A stretch of DNA of 64,000 nucleotides from Nitrospirota bacterium (GTDB lineage Bacteria > Nitrospirota > UBA9217), in contig CAWCKW010000012.1 of NCBI GenBank assembly GCA_963796285.1, positions 1,184,001-1,248,000 of the forward strand, written 5' to 3'. A model generated the notes under the pieces. The model was not told the origin of the DNA. It was given only the letters and a program-made list of their open reading frames with translations, and searched no databases. Shown here one piece after another: positions 46,716 to 57,289 of the stretch. The stretch's first letter is position 1. Every line of letters starts with the position of its first letter. A program made the translations under genes and the position numbers.

Positions 46716-48329
46716 ATGTTAACGAACAGAAGGACTGTGACAAGACCTAACAGGATAAAAAAATTATTGGAGCATTGGCATGATTTCCGCCTGAAGCTTA
46801 TTCTTGAAGGTATTTTAACCGGGGCTCTTGCCGGCTTGGTCGTAGTTTGTTTCAGACTTATGCTGGGTTGGACGGGTGCGGAACTGCCTAAGCTGTTTTC
46901 CTTTCTGAAGTCAAGCGCCTTCGGCTGGACCGCGTTATGGTTTGCTTGCCTTATTGTTAGCGGCATGATTTTGGCCTGGCTGATCAAGATGGTCCCCATG
47001 TCCACCGGCAGCGGCATCCCCCAGGTAAAGGGCATTCTGGCGGGATTTTGGGGATTTGATTGGCTTAAAGTAATCGGGGCAAAGTTCGTCGGCGGTCTCT
47101 TGGGAATTGGGGCCGGCCTTTCCCTGGGCCGGGAAGGTCCTTCGGTGCAATTGGGGGCGGCCGCGGGTCAGGGGATCAGCCGGATTTTGAGACGCAGCAG
47201 CATGGAGGAAAAGTATTTACTTACCAGCGGGGCCAGCGCCGGGCTGTCGGCAGCCTTTAACGCCCCCCTGGCCGGGGTGATGTTTGCCCTGGAGGAACTG
47301 CATAAAAACTTTTCCCCGGTGGTGCTGGCCTCTGCCGTGGCCGCCTCGGTTACAGCGGATTTTGTCAGCCGCGTTGTTTTCGGGCAAAGCGCGGTATTTG
47401 ACTTTCACAATATTCCCGTGATGCCCTTTCATTATTACGTGTATGTTGTGGTCCTGGGTCTTATCGTCGGTGCTTTTGGGGTAGTGTTCAACTCGAGCCT
47501 GGTTAAATTTCAGATTTTTTACGAAAAACTGCCCTTGCTGCCGCAAAAATTAAAGCCGGCCATTCCTTTGGTAGTGGCCGGATTCCTGGGATTTGTCCTG
47601 CCCCAGGTGCTGGGCGGAGGCGACGGGTTGATTAATTCGTTGCCGCAAATGCATTACGCTCTCACCATGCTGCTGGTCATCCTTGTAGGTAAATTTTTAT
47701 TTACCATGTTAAGCTACGGCACCGGCGTCCCGGGCGGCATTTTTATGCCGCTTTTAGCAATCGGCGCTTTAAGCGGCAATGTGTACGGCGCACTTGTGGC
47801 CCGATATCTTCATGTCGACCCCATGTATGTCAGCAACTTCATCATCCTGGCCATGGCCGCATACTTCAGCGCCATTGTCAAGGCGCCCATTACCGGCAGC
47901 ATCTTGATCATGGAAATGACCGGCAACATGGAGCAGCTTTTACCGTTAATTACCGTCTGCATGTCCGCCTATATTGCCAGTGATGTGTTCAACGGCAAGC
48001 CTGTTTATGATGTTTTGATGAACCGGATGTTGGCGAAACGAAGACCGGCCCACAAGCCAAGCCCTCAGGAACATGATGAGGAAAAGCATATTTTAGAAAA
48101 AGTGGTCAGCCTGGGGGCGCCGGTTTGTAACAGAAAAATATGCGATATTGATTGGCCTGAGAACAGTCTTTTGGTGGGTATCAGGCGCGGGGACTCGGAG
48201 TTGATCCCGGCCCAGGACACCATTATTTATCCCGGGGATTACTTGATTGTGCTGTCCGGGACAGCGGTGTTTTCCCATGTGCACTCCACTATTGAGGAAC
48301 TGACCGGTGGAGAGAAAGTCTGTGCATAA
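46716..48329 (+). CDS. ClC H+/Cl- exchanger with C-terminal TrkA-C (RCK) domain
   Basis: GSGIP, GREGP, FNAP, FALEE, GIFMP and IRRG...P...I.PGD. Confidence 0.93.
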   Translation: MLTNRRTVTRPNRIKKLLEHWHDFRLKLILEGILTGALAGLVVVCFRLMLGWTGAELPKLFSFLKSSAFGWTALWFACLIVSGMILAWLIKMVPMSTGSGIPQVKGILAGFWGFDWLKVIGAKFVGGLLGIGAGLSLGREGPSVQLGAAAGQGISRILRRSSMEEKYLLTSGASAGLSAAFNAPLAGVMFALEELHKNFSPVVLASAVAASVTADFVSRVVFGQSAVFDFHNIPVMPFHYYVYVVVLGLIVGAFGVVFNSSLVKFQIFYEKLPLLPQKLKPAIPLVVAGFLGFVLPQVLGGGDGLINSLPQMHYALTMLLVILVGKFLFTMLSYGTGVPGGIFMPLLAIGALSGNVYGALVARYLHVDPMYVSNFIILAMAAYFSAIVKAPITGSILIMEMTGNMEQLLPLITVCMSAYIASDVFNGKPVYDVLMNRMLAKRRPAHKPSPQEHDEEKHILEKVVSLGAPVCNRKICDIDWPENSLLVGIRRGDSELIPAQDTIIYPGDYLIVLSGTAVFSHVHSTIEELTGGEKVCA

Positions 48330-48347
48330 ATTGATGAACACCCTATC

Positions 48348-48382
48348 CTTCCAACCCCATCCTTAAGCGGTGGGGTTGGAAG
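48348..48382. terminator. Hairpin after the ClC gene (terminator or REP)
   Basis: CTTCCAACCCCA-loop-TGGGGTTGGAAG. Confidence 0.55.
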
Positions 48383-48451
48383 TGCGTTTTAAATAACAAT
48401 GTGCGGACATGCACTAAATAATAATTATAGAACGTAACCCGAAAGGCAAAG

Positions 48452-48976
48452 ATGCCTGAAACAAGTGTACGTGACATCATGATAGCTATTGACAGCTATA
48501 GCACGGTGAATGACGACGCGGACCTGGAGGAAGCGGTAAAAGTACTGCATAAATCTTTTTACCGGGACGACAAAGGGCTTATTTACGGGCACAGGTCCGT
48601 TTTGGTGATCAACAAGGCCGGGGAATTAACAGGCATACTTACCATCCAGAGCATATTGAAGGCTATAGACAGGGAATTGCCGGGCCTGGGCCTGCCCTTT
48701 GACGGCCTCCTTAGTGAGCTTACCCTAAGGCACGGGATGCTGGCTCATATACCGGTGCGGGAGGTCATGAGTCCGTTTGTGAAGACGGCAGTGAAAGACG
48801 ACGAAACCGCCGGCCAGGCCATCCACAAACTAGTGAAAAGCGAGGTCAATATTTTACCGGTGACCAGCGGGGGTAAAGTTGTTGGTATATTAAGGGCCAT
48901 TGACTTTTTGCAAAGTGTCGGCGATATATTGAGCGAAAAACAAAGAGTAATTCTTAGTTTTTTAACAGTGTCATAA
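48452..48976 (+). CDS. CBS-domain pair protein
   Basis: VRDIM...GILT and VREVM...LPV...VVGIL. Confidence 0.9.
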   Translation: MPETSVRDIMIAIDSYSTVNDDADLEEAVKVLHKSFYRDDKGLIYGHRSVLVINKAGELTGILTIQSILKAIDRELPGLGLPFDGLLSELTLRHGMLAHIPVREVMSPFVKTAVKDDETAGQAIHKLVKSEVNILPVTSGGKVVGILRAIDFLQSVGDILSEKQRVILSFLTVS

Positions 48977-49248
48977 TAATATTTGCAGATTCCTCGCTTT
49001 ATCCGTCATGTCCGAGGTAACATTGTCCGCAACCGTGCCTCGCCCTCCTCTCTGATTGCTTTTAGCCTTCAGATTACAGCCAAAAAAAAGACGAAGTCAA
49101 CTTATAACTACATTTATGTCTCGGATCCACCTCTGAAAGATGGTTGCTGTGACGGCCTTCTTTGGGTTATAATAAAAAAGTTCGTCGGATTTAGTGTGTT
49201 CCGTATAGAACGGTTTTCGAGAACTCTTCAGCAGACACCGGGAGCAAC

Positions 49249-50859
49249 ATGGGCGGTATAATAAAACAGGGCGGACCATCGCTTACAGCAAAGTTTATGT
49301 TTGGATTGGGCATTATACTTCTGTGCGTCATTGCCATTCTTTCCTGGCTCACCTATGATTATCTGAAAACAATGTTCATCAATGAAGCCTATGAGAAAAC
49401 AGATATCGTGCTCGGTCATATTGATGCCACTATGGAGTATGCCCGGGATGAGCTCCGTCCCCAGATATTCCATGCCCTGCCCGGAGATGTCTTCATCAAG
49501 CAGGTCATGTCCAGCACCTTTATGAACATAGGGATCATGAAGAGGTTCAAACAGAGGTTTCCCCGCTACATTTACAAAAGGGTCTCCGTTGATCCCATGA
49601 ATCCCGCGAATAAAGCCGATGCCTTTGAAGAGAGCTATATCAGACAGTTCCAGAATGACCCGGCTTCGAAGAAAGAGTGGAAGGGCCTGGTTTCCAGGAA
49701 CGGCGAGGATTACTTTCTCCATCTTAAAGCTGTTGTCGCGGAAGAAGAGTGCCTGCTCTGTCACGGAGATCCCGCTTTATCGCCGGAGTCCATTACCCGG
49801 CATTACGGAACGGTGCATGCCCGTCACTGGAAAGTAGGCAACGTAGTGGGCCTGGAGTCGATCGCCGCGCCGGTGAGCGGCACCTTGCGCGAGTTGCGGA
49901 ATACCACTTTTTTCTTTTTCCTCATCCGAGTCACGGTCATCGGTCTGTTTTTTGTTATTATGACTTATTTTCATTACCGTATGGCGGTTAAGCCCCTGAG
50001 ACGGGTGAGCTCTTTCTTCAAGGATGTTGTGAACCGGCACCGGGGCCTTGACCTTCATTTAGACGCGCAGGACTACGGTGAAGTTTCAGACCTTGCTGAA
50101 TCCTTTAACAGGATGATGGTGCATTTGAAAAAATCGGAGGACGAAAAGGAGAAGATGGAGGAACGGGTGCTGCAGGCGGACAAACTCGCTTCCATAGGCC
50201 GGCTTGGCGCAGGTGTGGCCCACGAGATAAACAATCCGCTCAGCCTGATCCTGGGTTATACGAATATGCTGCGCAAGGAATGCCCGGATACGGGGCAGGC
50301 AAGGAAAGACCTCGATATTGTCTACAACAACGCGCAGTTGTGCAAGAAGATCGTCGAAGATCTTCTCTATTTTTCTCGCCAGACCAAGACCGACCTCATC
50401 CCTACCGACATCAATGCCGCTGTCGAATCGGTGTTGGTACCGATGGAGGAAACAATGAACTGCGGAGGGATCACCGTTATCCGCGATTATGATCCCGCGC
50501 TGCCTCATCTGCCGGCTGACGAGGATAAGCTAAAACGAATTTTCACGAACCTTCTGCTGAACGCCTTTCAGGCCATGCAGCCCGGAGGGCGCCTTACTGT
50601 CAGTACTTCGTATGACAAAGAGAGAAACGGCGTGAGGATTGTTTTTTCAGACACGGGCAGCGGCATTCCGGAGGAGATCAGGGACAAAATATTCGAACCT
50701 TTCTTTACTACAAAGCAGCCAGGAGAGGGAACAGGACTGGGCCTTGCGGTAAGCTACGGGATAGTGAAGGAGCACAAGGGGGAGCTTTCGGTCACAAGCG
50801 AGGAGGGGAAGGGCTCGTCCTTTACGCTTTGGTTCCCTCTTGCCGGAGACAAAGCATGA
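49249..50859 (+). CDS. Sensor histidine kinase with DUF3365 (Tll0287-like) c-type heme domain and HAMP
   Basis: Periplasmic RVS..P.NP.N.AD.FE and CLLCHG; AHEINNPL; GTGLGL. Confidence 0.9.
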   Translation: MGGIIKQGGPSLTAKFMFGLGIILLCVIAILSWLTYDYLKTMFINEAYEKTDIVLGHIDATMEYARDELRPQIFHALPGDVFIKQVMSSTFMNIGIMKRFKQRFPRYIYKRVSVDPMNPANKADAFEESYIRQFQNDPASKKEWKGLVSRNGEDYFLHLKAVVAEEECLLCHGDPALSPESITRHYGTVHARHWKVGNVVGLESIAAPVSGTLRELRNTTFFFFLIRVTVIGLFFVIMTYFHYRMAVKPLRRVSSFFKDVVNRHRGLDLHLDAQDYGEVSDLAESFNRMMVHLKKSEDEKEKMEERVLQADKLASIGRLGAGVAHEINNPLSLILGYTNMLRKECPDTGQARKDLDIVYNNAQLCKKIVEDLLYFSRQTKTDLIPTDINAAVESVLVPMEETMNCGGITVIRDYDPALPHLPADEDKLKRIFTNLLLNAFQAMQPGGRLTVSTSYDKERNGVRIVFSDTGSGIPEEIRDKIFEPFFTTKQPGEGTGLGLAVSYGIVKEHKGELSVTSEEGKGSSFTLWFPLAGDKA

Positions 50860-52262
50860 AACAGAAGATTCTTATTGTTGACGACAACCCGGATATGACC
50901 CGATTGCTTGAGCGGTTGATCGGAAACGCCCTGCCTGTGGCGACCCTTGCCGCGGGCAGCGCTAAGGCAGCCCTGCAGATTCTCAAGGAAGATGAAGTGC
51001 ACTGCCTTCTCGTCGACATGAAGATGCCGGGCATGGACGGCATGGAGCTCATGCGGCACATCAAGGAAAAAGACACCTCGCTCCCGGTGATAATAATGAC
51101 GGCCTACGGCGCCATCGAAACAGCCGTGGCGGCCATGAAAGACGGGGCCTATGACTTCATAACCAAGCCGTTCGAGGAGGAGCGGCTACTGCATACGGTG
51201 CGGAGGGCGTTGGAACATCAGCACCTTCTCCGAAGGAACCTGGACCTCGAAAGAAGGATCAGGGAAAAAGAGAAGGAGACGTTCTTTGTCGGAGAGTCGC
51301 CCCGGATGAAGGAACTCGTCGATACAATCAGGCTGGTTGCCGGGACGGACGTGACCGTGCTCATCACGGGCGAAACCGGGACCGGCAAGGAACTTGCGGC
51401 CCGCATGATCCACAATCTCAGCAACCGGACCGGCAAACCTTTTGTGGCGGTCAACTGTCCGGCGATCCCTGAAAACATCCTGGAAAGCGAGCTTTTCGGT
51501 TATCGCAAAGGCGCTTTTACCGGCGCCACTTCTGACCGGGAAGGGCTTTTTCAGGCGGCCCAGGGCGGGACCTTGCTCTTGGACGAGATAGGCGATATCT
51601 CCTCCTCTCTGCAGGCAAAACTCCTGAGGGTGCTGCAGGAAAGAGAACTGAAGCCGCTTGGCGATACCACAACCCGGAGGGTGGATGTAAGGGTCATAGC
51701 CGCCACAAACAGGGACCTGGAGGGCAACGTTGCCGCGGGCCTTTTCAGGTCTGACCTTTACTATCGGCTTAATGTCGTTTCGGTCAATACACCGCCGCTC
51801 AGGGACATACCGGAAGATATACCCCTCATCGCCTACCACTTTCTATCCCTGTTTTGCGACGAGCTTGGATTAGACCAGAAGAGGTTGACGGAAGAAGCGA
51901 TACAGTTGCTTGTTTCCCGCCAGTGGAAAGGCAATGCACGGGAACTTCAGAACGAGATAAAACGGGCGGTGATCTTCTCAAAAAGCGACCTGCTTGCACC
52001 GGCGGACTTCGGAAACAGCGCGGAACTGTGCACCTCACTGAACAGCGCCATTGAAACCGAAAACCTCGATTATCGGGAAGCAAAGCAAAAGGTACTCGCT
52101 GCATTTAATATTGAATATATATCAAACCTGCTGCGCCGCACGGAGGGAAATGTTTCCTTAGCCGCCCAGTCTGCCGGCGTAGAGCGCCAATCTCTCCAGC
52201 ACCTTATGAGGAAGTATGGTATTGCTTCAGCCCTGTTCAGAAAAGATGAAGAAAATAAATAA
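50856..52262 (+). CDS. Sigma54-dependent response regulator (NtrC family)
   Basis: REC, GETGTGKE, GAFTGA, LDEIG and C-terminal HTH. Confidence 0.96.
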   Translation: MKQKILIVDDNPDMTRLLERLIGNALPVATLAAGSAKAALQILKEDEVHCLLVDMKMPGMDGMELMRHIKEKDTSLPVIIMTAYGAIETAVAAMKDGAYDFITKPFEEERLLHTVRRALEHQHLLRRNLDLERRIREKEKETFFVGESPRMKELVDTIRLVAGTDVTVLITGETGTGKELAARMIHNLSNRTGKPFVAVNCPAIPENILESELFGYRKGAFTGATSDREGLFQAAQGGTLLLDEIGDISSSLQAKLLRVLQERELKPLGDTTTRRVDVRVIAATNRDLEGNVAAGLFRSDLYYRLNVVSVNTPPLRDIPEDIPLIAYHFLSLFCDELGLDQKRLTEEAIQLLVSRQWKGNARELQNEIKRAVIFSKSDLLAPADFGNSAELCTSLNSAIETENLDYREAKQKVLAAFNIEYISNLLRRTEGNVSLAAQSAGVERQSLQHLMRKYGIASALFRKDEENK

Positions 52263-52474
52263 CAACAGCCATGAGCCGATCTCGGCTGCTCAGAACTGTA
52301 AATAGTTTACGTCATAGACCTTTTTTACAACTTGCCTTCCACGGATTTTCACGGAACAATCAAAAGACTCTTCTTTACTCTCTTAACAAATTCCCCATTA
52401 TCGCTTCCGTGATATTCCGTGGCCTATTCTGTGGTAAAGGCGCAAATTTTTTCTCTATTCAAAATTGTGTTACC

Positions 52475-53726
52475 TTACTCGGGATAGGCAATCCCTCTCG
52501 GGATTTCAGCCTGTTCCTTCCGCACGGGCCAATACCACAGCGTTCCGTCGATCACCAGGAGAAATCCGGCCGCAATAAGCCAAAGATTGAACGACGTCAG
52601 GAGGCCGAAACCGAAATAGCTTATAATGCCGATTCCTATGCTCAGGAACGAAATACCAGTGCGGATAAAGGCCAGCCCGGTCCGGGCACGGGCGTAAATG
52701 GTGCGGTAACACGCGGCGATCGTCCGCTGGGCCGCCAGGACGTTTCGTTCGCGGGCGAACACGGTCCGCACTTTGCTCGAGGGCGACGGGTACAGATAGG
52801 TACTGTAGTCCGAAAGAAAATCTCCCATTCGGGCAAGCATCGTCCCTTGGGTTTCCCTCTTGATTCCCGTGTTTTCCAGAAAATGATAATTCTCAAGGAA
52901 TTGGATAGTTGTTGCGGTAACCTCCACCAGCGTCTGGTGGCCCGGAGGCGCCATTCGGGATTTTCGAACATTCAAATATTGTGGGAAGTCCATAAAAGAA
53001 AATGACAATCCCGACTGCCAGCACCGAGAAATACAAAAAGGGGGAACTGCTCGCGTTTTTCGTCTGGAGCAGGGTATTGGAGAGCGCAATCGTGCCCAAG
53101 CCCCATCTCAGGAAAGCAAGACCGGTACGGGCACCCGCGAGGTCGGTCCGGTAGCAGGCGAGCCTCGTCCTCCAGTGGGCCATGGTATTGCGCCAGTACG
53201 CAAGTCCCGTCCGTTCCGTGCCTATCAATAAACCCGGCTTGGCATGAAGATAGTCCTGAATAAACCACTGTATATCGAAATCAAGGGTGACCCGGTACTC
53301 ATATCGTTCGGCCTTGACGTATTTTTTTATATCTTCCTTCATGGTGGGACTATCGGGGTGTCTCGCCGCGATGACCACCGTGCCGGTGTCTTCTTTGATG
53401 ACAGGCATCCACTGGTTCGTTGAAAGCGCATCAGCGCTGAGACCGGTCAGAAGCTCGGGCGGTATGGGTAGACGTTCATCATATTCAATGAATGGGCATT
53501 GATAATAGGCGGCAAGCGCCTCAAGCAACCGGTATTTGGGCACACCATATTCCGCAAGCAGAATTTTTTCGAGGTCGATCCCCCGCGCCCGAGCGACGAA
53601 CGTCGCCCCGTCAAGCGTTTGTTGGTCTAAAATCCCGCGCTCAACGAGAAAGGAGAACTCCGGGCCTTTTCGCACGCCGGCATTGGTCAGATCATTATTA
53701 TTCATGTTTAAAAGTTCACGACTCAT
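52475..53726 (-). CDS. GspE-N-like domain plus two DUF202-like membrane repeats (frameshift ~52980)
   Basis: LVERGIL...YGVP...LA.YY.CPF head; two RT.LA..RT.LA..RTGLAF.R.G + 2-TM repeats. Confidence 0.75.
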
Positions 53727-55362
53727 CTTGACTAAAAACGACCGTTCCCCATTTGTTCGTCGGTACACCGTAATCGGGAAGGGTTATCTCCATATCACCG
53801 TAGCAATAGGGAAATTGCGCTCTCATTTTTTCAGTCGGAACGATCCAATAGTACCCATCGGCGATCAACGCAAGACCGACGAAGATCATCACCGCATTAA
53901 AGAGCGTCCAGCCGACCGATGCCGTGCCGAAGTACACCATGAGGCCCGCACCGACAGAGGTAATGCTCATGCCCGTCCGGACAAATGCCAGACCTGTTCG
54001 TGTCACAGCCATAACCGAGCGCAGCCTGGCCATCACGCATCGCCGGTCCGCGAGAACGGTCCGTTCAAGAGCAAGCCCGGTGGTGGCCCATATGCCCGGC
54101 AAGTGAGATGCGCGGACCGGAGGACCGGCCTTGTCCTGTTGGGGACCGGTACGATTGTGCCGGAGCGGAAAAACCTTGTCCCATATGCTTTCCTTATTGA
54201 CAGCGTCAATCACAGACTTAAGGCTTTCTATGCCGGACCGTCTGCCGCCGAAATACCAGTAGAATCCTTCCGCAGACATCAATAGCCCAGCGACGATGAG
54301 CGATATATCGAGAATCGTCCACTTGCCGGCGTGAAACTGCCGGAGCAATCCGACGCCTAGGCCGATGAAAGCAATTCCCGTCCGCGTAAAGGCAAGCCCC
54401 GTCCGGGCACGCGCCAGCTTCGTCCTGTGGCCCGCCAGAGAGGTCCGTTCCTCTGCCATGTCCGTCCTGTCGGAGGCGAGAAACCTTCGTCTCATGACCG
54501 GAGAAAGATACTCCCACCCTGCCCGAAGCGCTTCTGCGCCCTTGACTACACCGCTGCGGTTGAAAACGGGATGCCCTTCTGCGGACATCGACTCCTCCAG
54601 CACGCATGCGCCCCAGGAAGGCTCAGTGCAAATGGAATCGATCGGTTTTTTTGCTATCCTTCGCGCCGGGAAATACCATTTGAGTCCGTCATAGGACATG
54701 ATAATGCCGACGATAAGGAGCGGCGCCTCGAAGACGGTAAAAAGTCCTATACCGAACACTCTCAGGAACAAAAGGGCAATAACGATGAAGGACACGCCGG
54801 TCCTGATAAAGGCAAGACCGGTCCTTCCCTTGGCGAATAACGTCCTATAATGAGCATAGGTTGATCGCCGGTATGCGAAATAGGTCCTCACACGCGCAAG
54901 GGGCGTTCTTCCTCCTGAGAAGGAAAACGAGGGGTTTACATCGAAATTGTGCTCGATGATGCGGATGAGATCAGCGGGAAGGGCAACGATAAAATCAATA
55001 TGGCCAACTCCGAGGGTCTTTTTTATATCGTCGATTACCCGTGGATCGTCGGGGCGGCACGCAATCACTTCGGCCCGGTCCTCTCTGATCGATCGCGGAA
55101 ACCAGAGATGCTTTTTCAGCTTCTCCATGTCCAAACGGATGATCAGGAGATAGGCAGTTATAACGCTTTCATCATATTCTACGAAGGGCAGCCCGTAGTA
55201 TTCGGACAGGCAGAAAAGGAGCTCGTGCTTGGGAACCCCGTTCTCTATCAGCTTCTCTTCAAGCAGGGAACCCGATGTTGCGGATTCACGAATGAGCCGA
55301 TCCAGCTCATCGCCGGAGAGAATGCCTCTTTTTATCAGCCTTTCAAATTTTTTGCGTTCCAT
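53716..55362 (-). CDS. GspE-N-like domain plus three DUF202-like membrane repeats
   Basis: LIKRGIL...GVP...LSEYYGLPFV head; three RTGLAF.RTG + 2-TM repeats. Confidence 0.78.
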   Translation of the reverse strand: MERKKFERLIKRGILSGDELDRLIRESATSGSLLEEKLIENGVPKHELLFCLSEYYGLPFVEYDESVITAYLLIIRLDMEKLKKHLWFPRSIREDRAEVIACRPDDPRVIDDIKKTLGVGHIDFIVALPADLIRIIEHNFDVNPSFSFSGGRTPLARVRTYFAYRRSTYAHYRTLFAKGRTGLAFIRTGVSFIVIALLFLRVFGIGLFTVFEAPLLIVGIIMSYDGLKWYFPARRIAKKPIDSICTEPSWGACVLEESMSAEGHPVFNRSGVVKGAEALRAGWEYLSPVMRRRFLASDRTDMAEERTSLAGHRTKLARARTGLAFTRTGIAFIGLGVGLLRQFHAGKWTILDISLIVAGLLMSAEGFYWYFGGRRSGIESLKSVIDAVNKESIWDKVFPLRHNRTGPQQDKAGPPVRASHLPGIWATTGLALERTVLADRRCVMARLRSVMAVTRTGLAFVRTGMSITSVGAGLMVYFGTASVGWTLFNAVMIFVGLALIADGYYWIVPTEKMRAQFPYCYGDMEITLPDYGVPTNKWGTVVFSQDES

Positions 55363-55603
55363 AGGGTTATCATACCATGCGGAGGGAAACAGCCTGACGG
55401 GAACAGCATTTACATGACCGGGTTCAAGAGCAAAAAGTGATGGAGGCGTTTTACGCCTCCATCACAAGCACAACACGGGGATATATGACAAAACGTCTCA
55501 TTCATCTTCCGGCAATTTATGCTTCGAGTTTTTCCTCGTGATGGACCTTCATCCTTTTGATCCACTGTTCCCTTCCCTGCGTTTCTCCAAATATCCGTGC
55601 GGA

Positions 55604-55786
55604 TCAAACTTTTGCTTTTTCTTTTCGGTCCTGCTCAATATTGCCGGGTTTGTCTTGCAAGCCCTCTTTAAATCCCCGGATCGCTTTTCCAAGACCTTCC
55701 CCGAGCGCGGGAAGCCTGTTGGGCCCGAAGATCACAAGGGCAATGATCAGAATGACCACCATTTCGGGAAATCCAAGTCCACCCAT
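55604..55786 (-). CDS. tatA: Twin-arginine translocase TatA/E subunit
   Basis: GLGFPE..IL.IAL.IFGP.RLP.LG..LGK.IRGFK; AGGAG RBS. Confidence 0.93.
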   Translation of the reverse strand: MGGLGFPEMVVILIIALVIFGPNRLPALGEGLGKAIRGFKEGLQDKPGNIEQDRKEKAKV

Positions 55787-55860
55787 CTTTTTCTCCTTTT
55801 CATACGGAAATAAACGACGTGGTGGATTTTACACTAATCCGCTCCGCGCTTCAAGCGTTT

Positions 55861-56283
55861 TTATACATTCACTACGTACACGGGACAGGGCGCCAGGTTA
55901 ATGACCTTTTCGACAATATGGTCCCCGAACAGCCTGCTCAAGATGCCCTTTTTCTTTTTCGACCCCATGATGATGAGGTCGCACCGTTCCTCTTCCGCTA
56001 CCTCAACGATCCTCTGCGAGACATCACCCTGTTCCAGTCTCGTCTTGATCAGCGCGCCTTCGGCCTTCGCCATTTCGCCAATCTCTGAAACAGCCTTTGC
56101 CCCGCCGTCATCCAGGACATCATTGAGGTTCTTGATCCCGGTCAGGTCGAGATCGCCGTCGAACGGACGGAGGACCTTCACGACCGTGATCCAGGTCTTT
56201 TCATCCTTGGCCAGTTTGATCCCCTGTTCGAGAACTTCTTTGTGCCCATTCAAGGCAATAAGGATTTTTCTATACCCTTTCAT
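55861..56283 (-). CDS. Universal stress protein
   Basis: YRKILIA, DLIIMG and APCPVYVV. Confidence 0.9.
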   Translation of the reverse strand: MKGYRKILIALNGHKEVLEQGIKLAKDEKTWITVVKVLRPFDGDLDLTGIKNLNDVLDDGGAKAVSEIGEMAKAEGALIKTRLEQGDVSQRIVEVAEEERCDLIIMGSKKKKGILSRLFGDHIVEKVINLAPCPVYVVNV

Positions 56284-56422
56284 GTCGCTACGCTCCATTG
56301 ATAATTGAAAATTGGAAATTATAAATTTGAGATTGAAAATTGAGAGATGCATTTGAGATAATTTTACATTTTCCAATTTCCATTCTTCAATTTCCAATTC
56401 GACAGCTCCTCTGTCGCACGCA

Positions 56423-57289
56423 CTACCTTACTATCAGTATCGGACGGGCGGCGCTGGCTATGATCCGCTCTGCCGTGCTGCCCATGATCGCCTTGTTCAT
56501 GCCGCGCCAGCCGTGGGTCCCCATGATGATCAGATCGTTCTTGAACTTGTCGGCGATCTCCACGATCTTCTCGCTCGCGTGGCCTTCCTGGACCACTGCC
56601 TTGATCTGCACTCCCTGTTCAGCGGCCAACTTCTTCGCGGCATCGGCGATCTTTTCGGCCTCCTGGAACAGGCTCTTGGTGATGGACTCGGTCTTGTAAA
56701 AGTCCACCATCTCCTCGTAGCGCGGGATCACGTAGAGGACGGTTATCTCGCCTCCATCGAGCTTTGACAGTTCGCAGGCGCGCATCAGCGCTTTTTTACT
56801 GGAGTCTGACCCGTCAAACGGGACCAGAAGGGAGCTGTATGTTCCCGTGCATCTGGTGCACTCCTTGTTCACCACCAGCACATCGCAGGGCGAGTTCAGG
56901 ATGACCTGCGAAGTCACACTGCCCATGAGCAGCCGCTTGAGCCCTTTTCTGCCGTAGGTGCCCAGGGCGATCAGGTCTGCCTTGTTGGTTTCAGCCGTTT
57001 CAACGATGACCTCGGGCGGCTCGCCCTCGCAGATCATCGACTCAACACTGCCGTTCAGTCCGAACTCATCATGAGATCTTCTTTTTTGCATCAAGGCAGA
57101 CGGCATGTGCCGAACTCGAACCGCTTTTCCATCTGCGATGGCAGGATGGCGAACTCTTCCTGGTCGAAATATACCGCATGGATCAGGAAGAGTCTTCCCC
57201 CCGTGCACTTTCACCCATCGGGAAGCCTCTTTCAGCGCGGCCTTGCTCGATAGCGACTCGTCATAGCCTACAACAATGGAGTTATACAT
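56423..57289 (-). CDS. Tandem universal stress protein (compensating frameshifts ~57070-57200)
   Basis: Two USP domains: G..G..G...GSVT...CDVLVV and GTHG..G...GS.AE. Confidence 0.92.
   Translation of the reverse strand: MYNSIVVGYDESLSSKAALKEASRWVKVHGGKTLPDPCGIFRPGRVRHPAIADGKAVRVRHMPSALMQKRRSHDEFGLNGSVESMICEGEPPEVIVETAETNKADLIALGTYGRKGLKRLLMGSVTSQVILNSPCDVLVVNKECTRCTGTYSSLLVPFDGSDSSKKALMRACELSKLDGGEITVLYVIPRYEEMVDFYKTESITKSLFQEAEKIADAAKKLAAEQGVQIKAVVQEGHASEKIVEIADKFKNDLIIMGTHGWRGMNKAIMGSTAERIIASAARPILIVR

Noticed and set aside
53716-55362. Calling the DUF202 pair type II secretion/pilus ATPases
   Set aside because: Only the N-terminal domain is similar; there are no Walker A/B motifs and no T2SS/T4P genes nearby.
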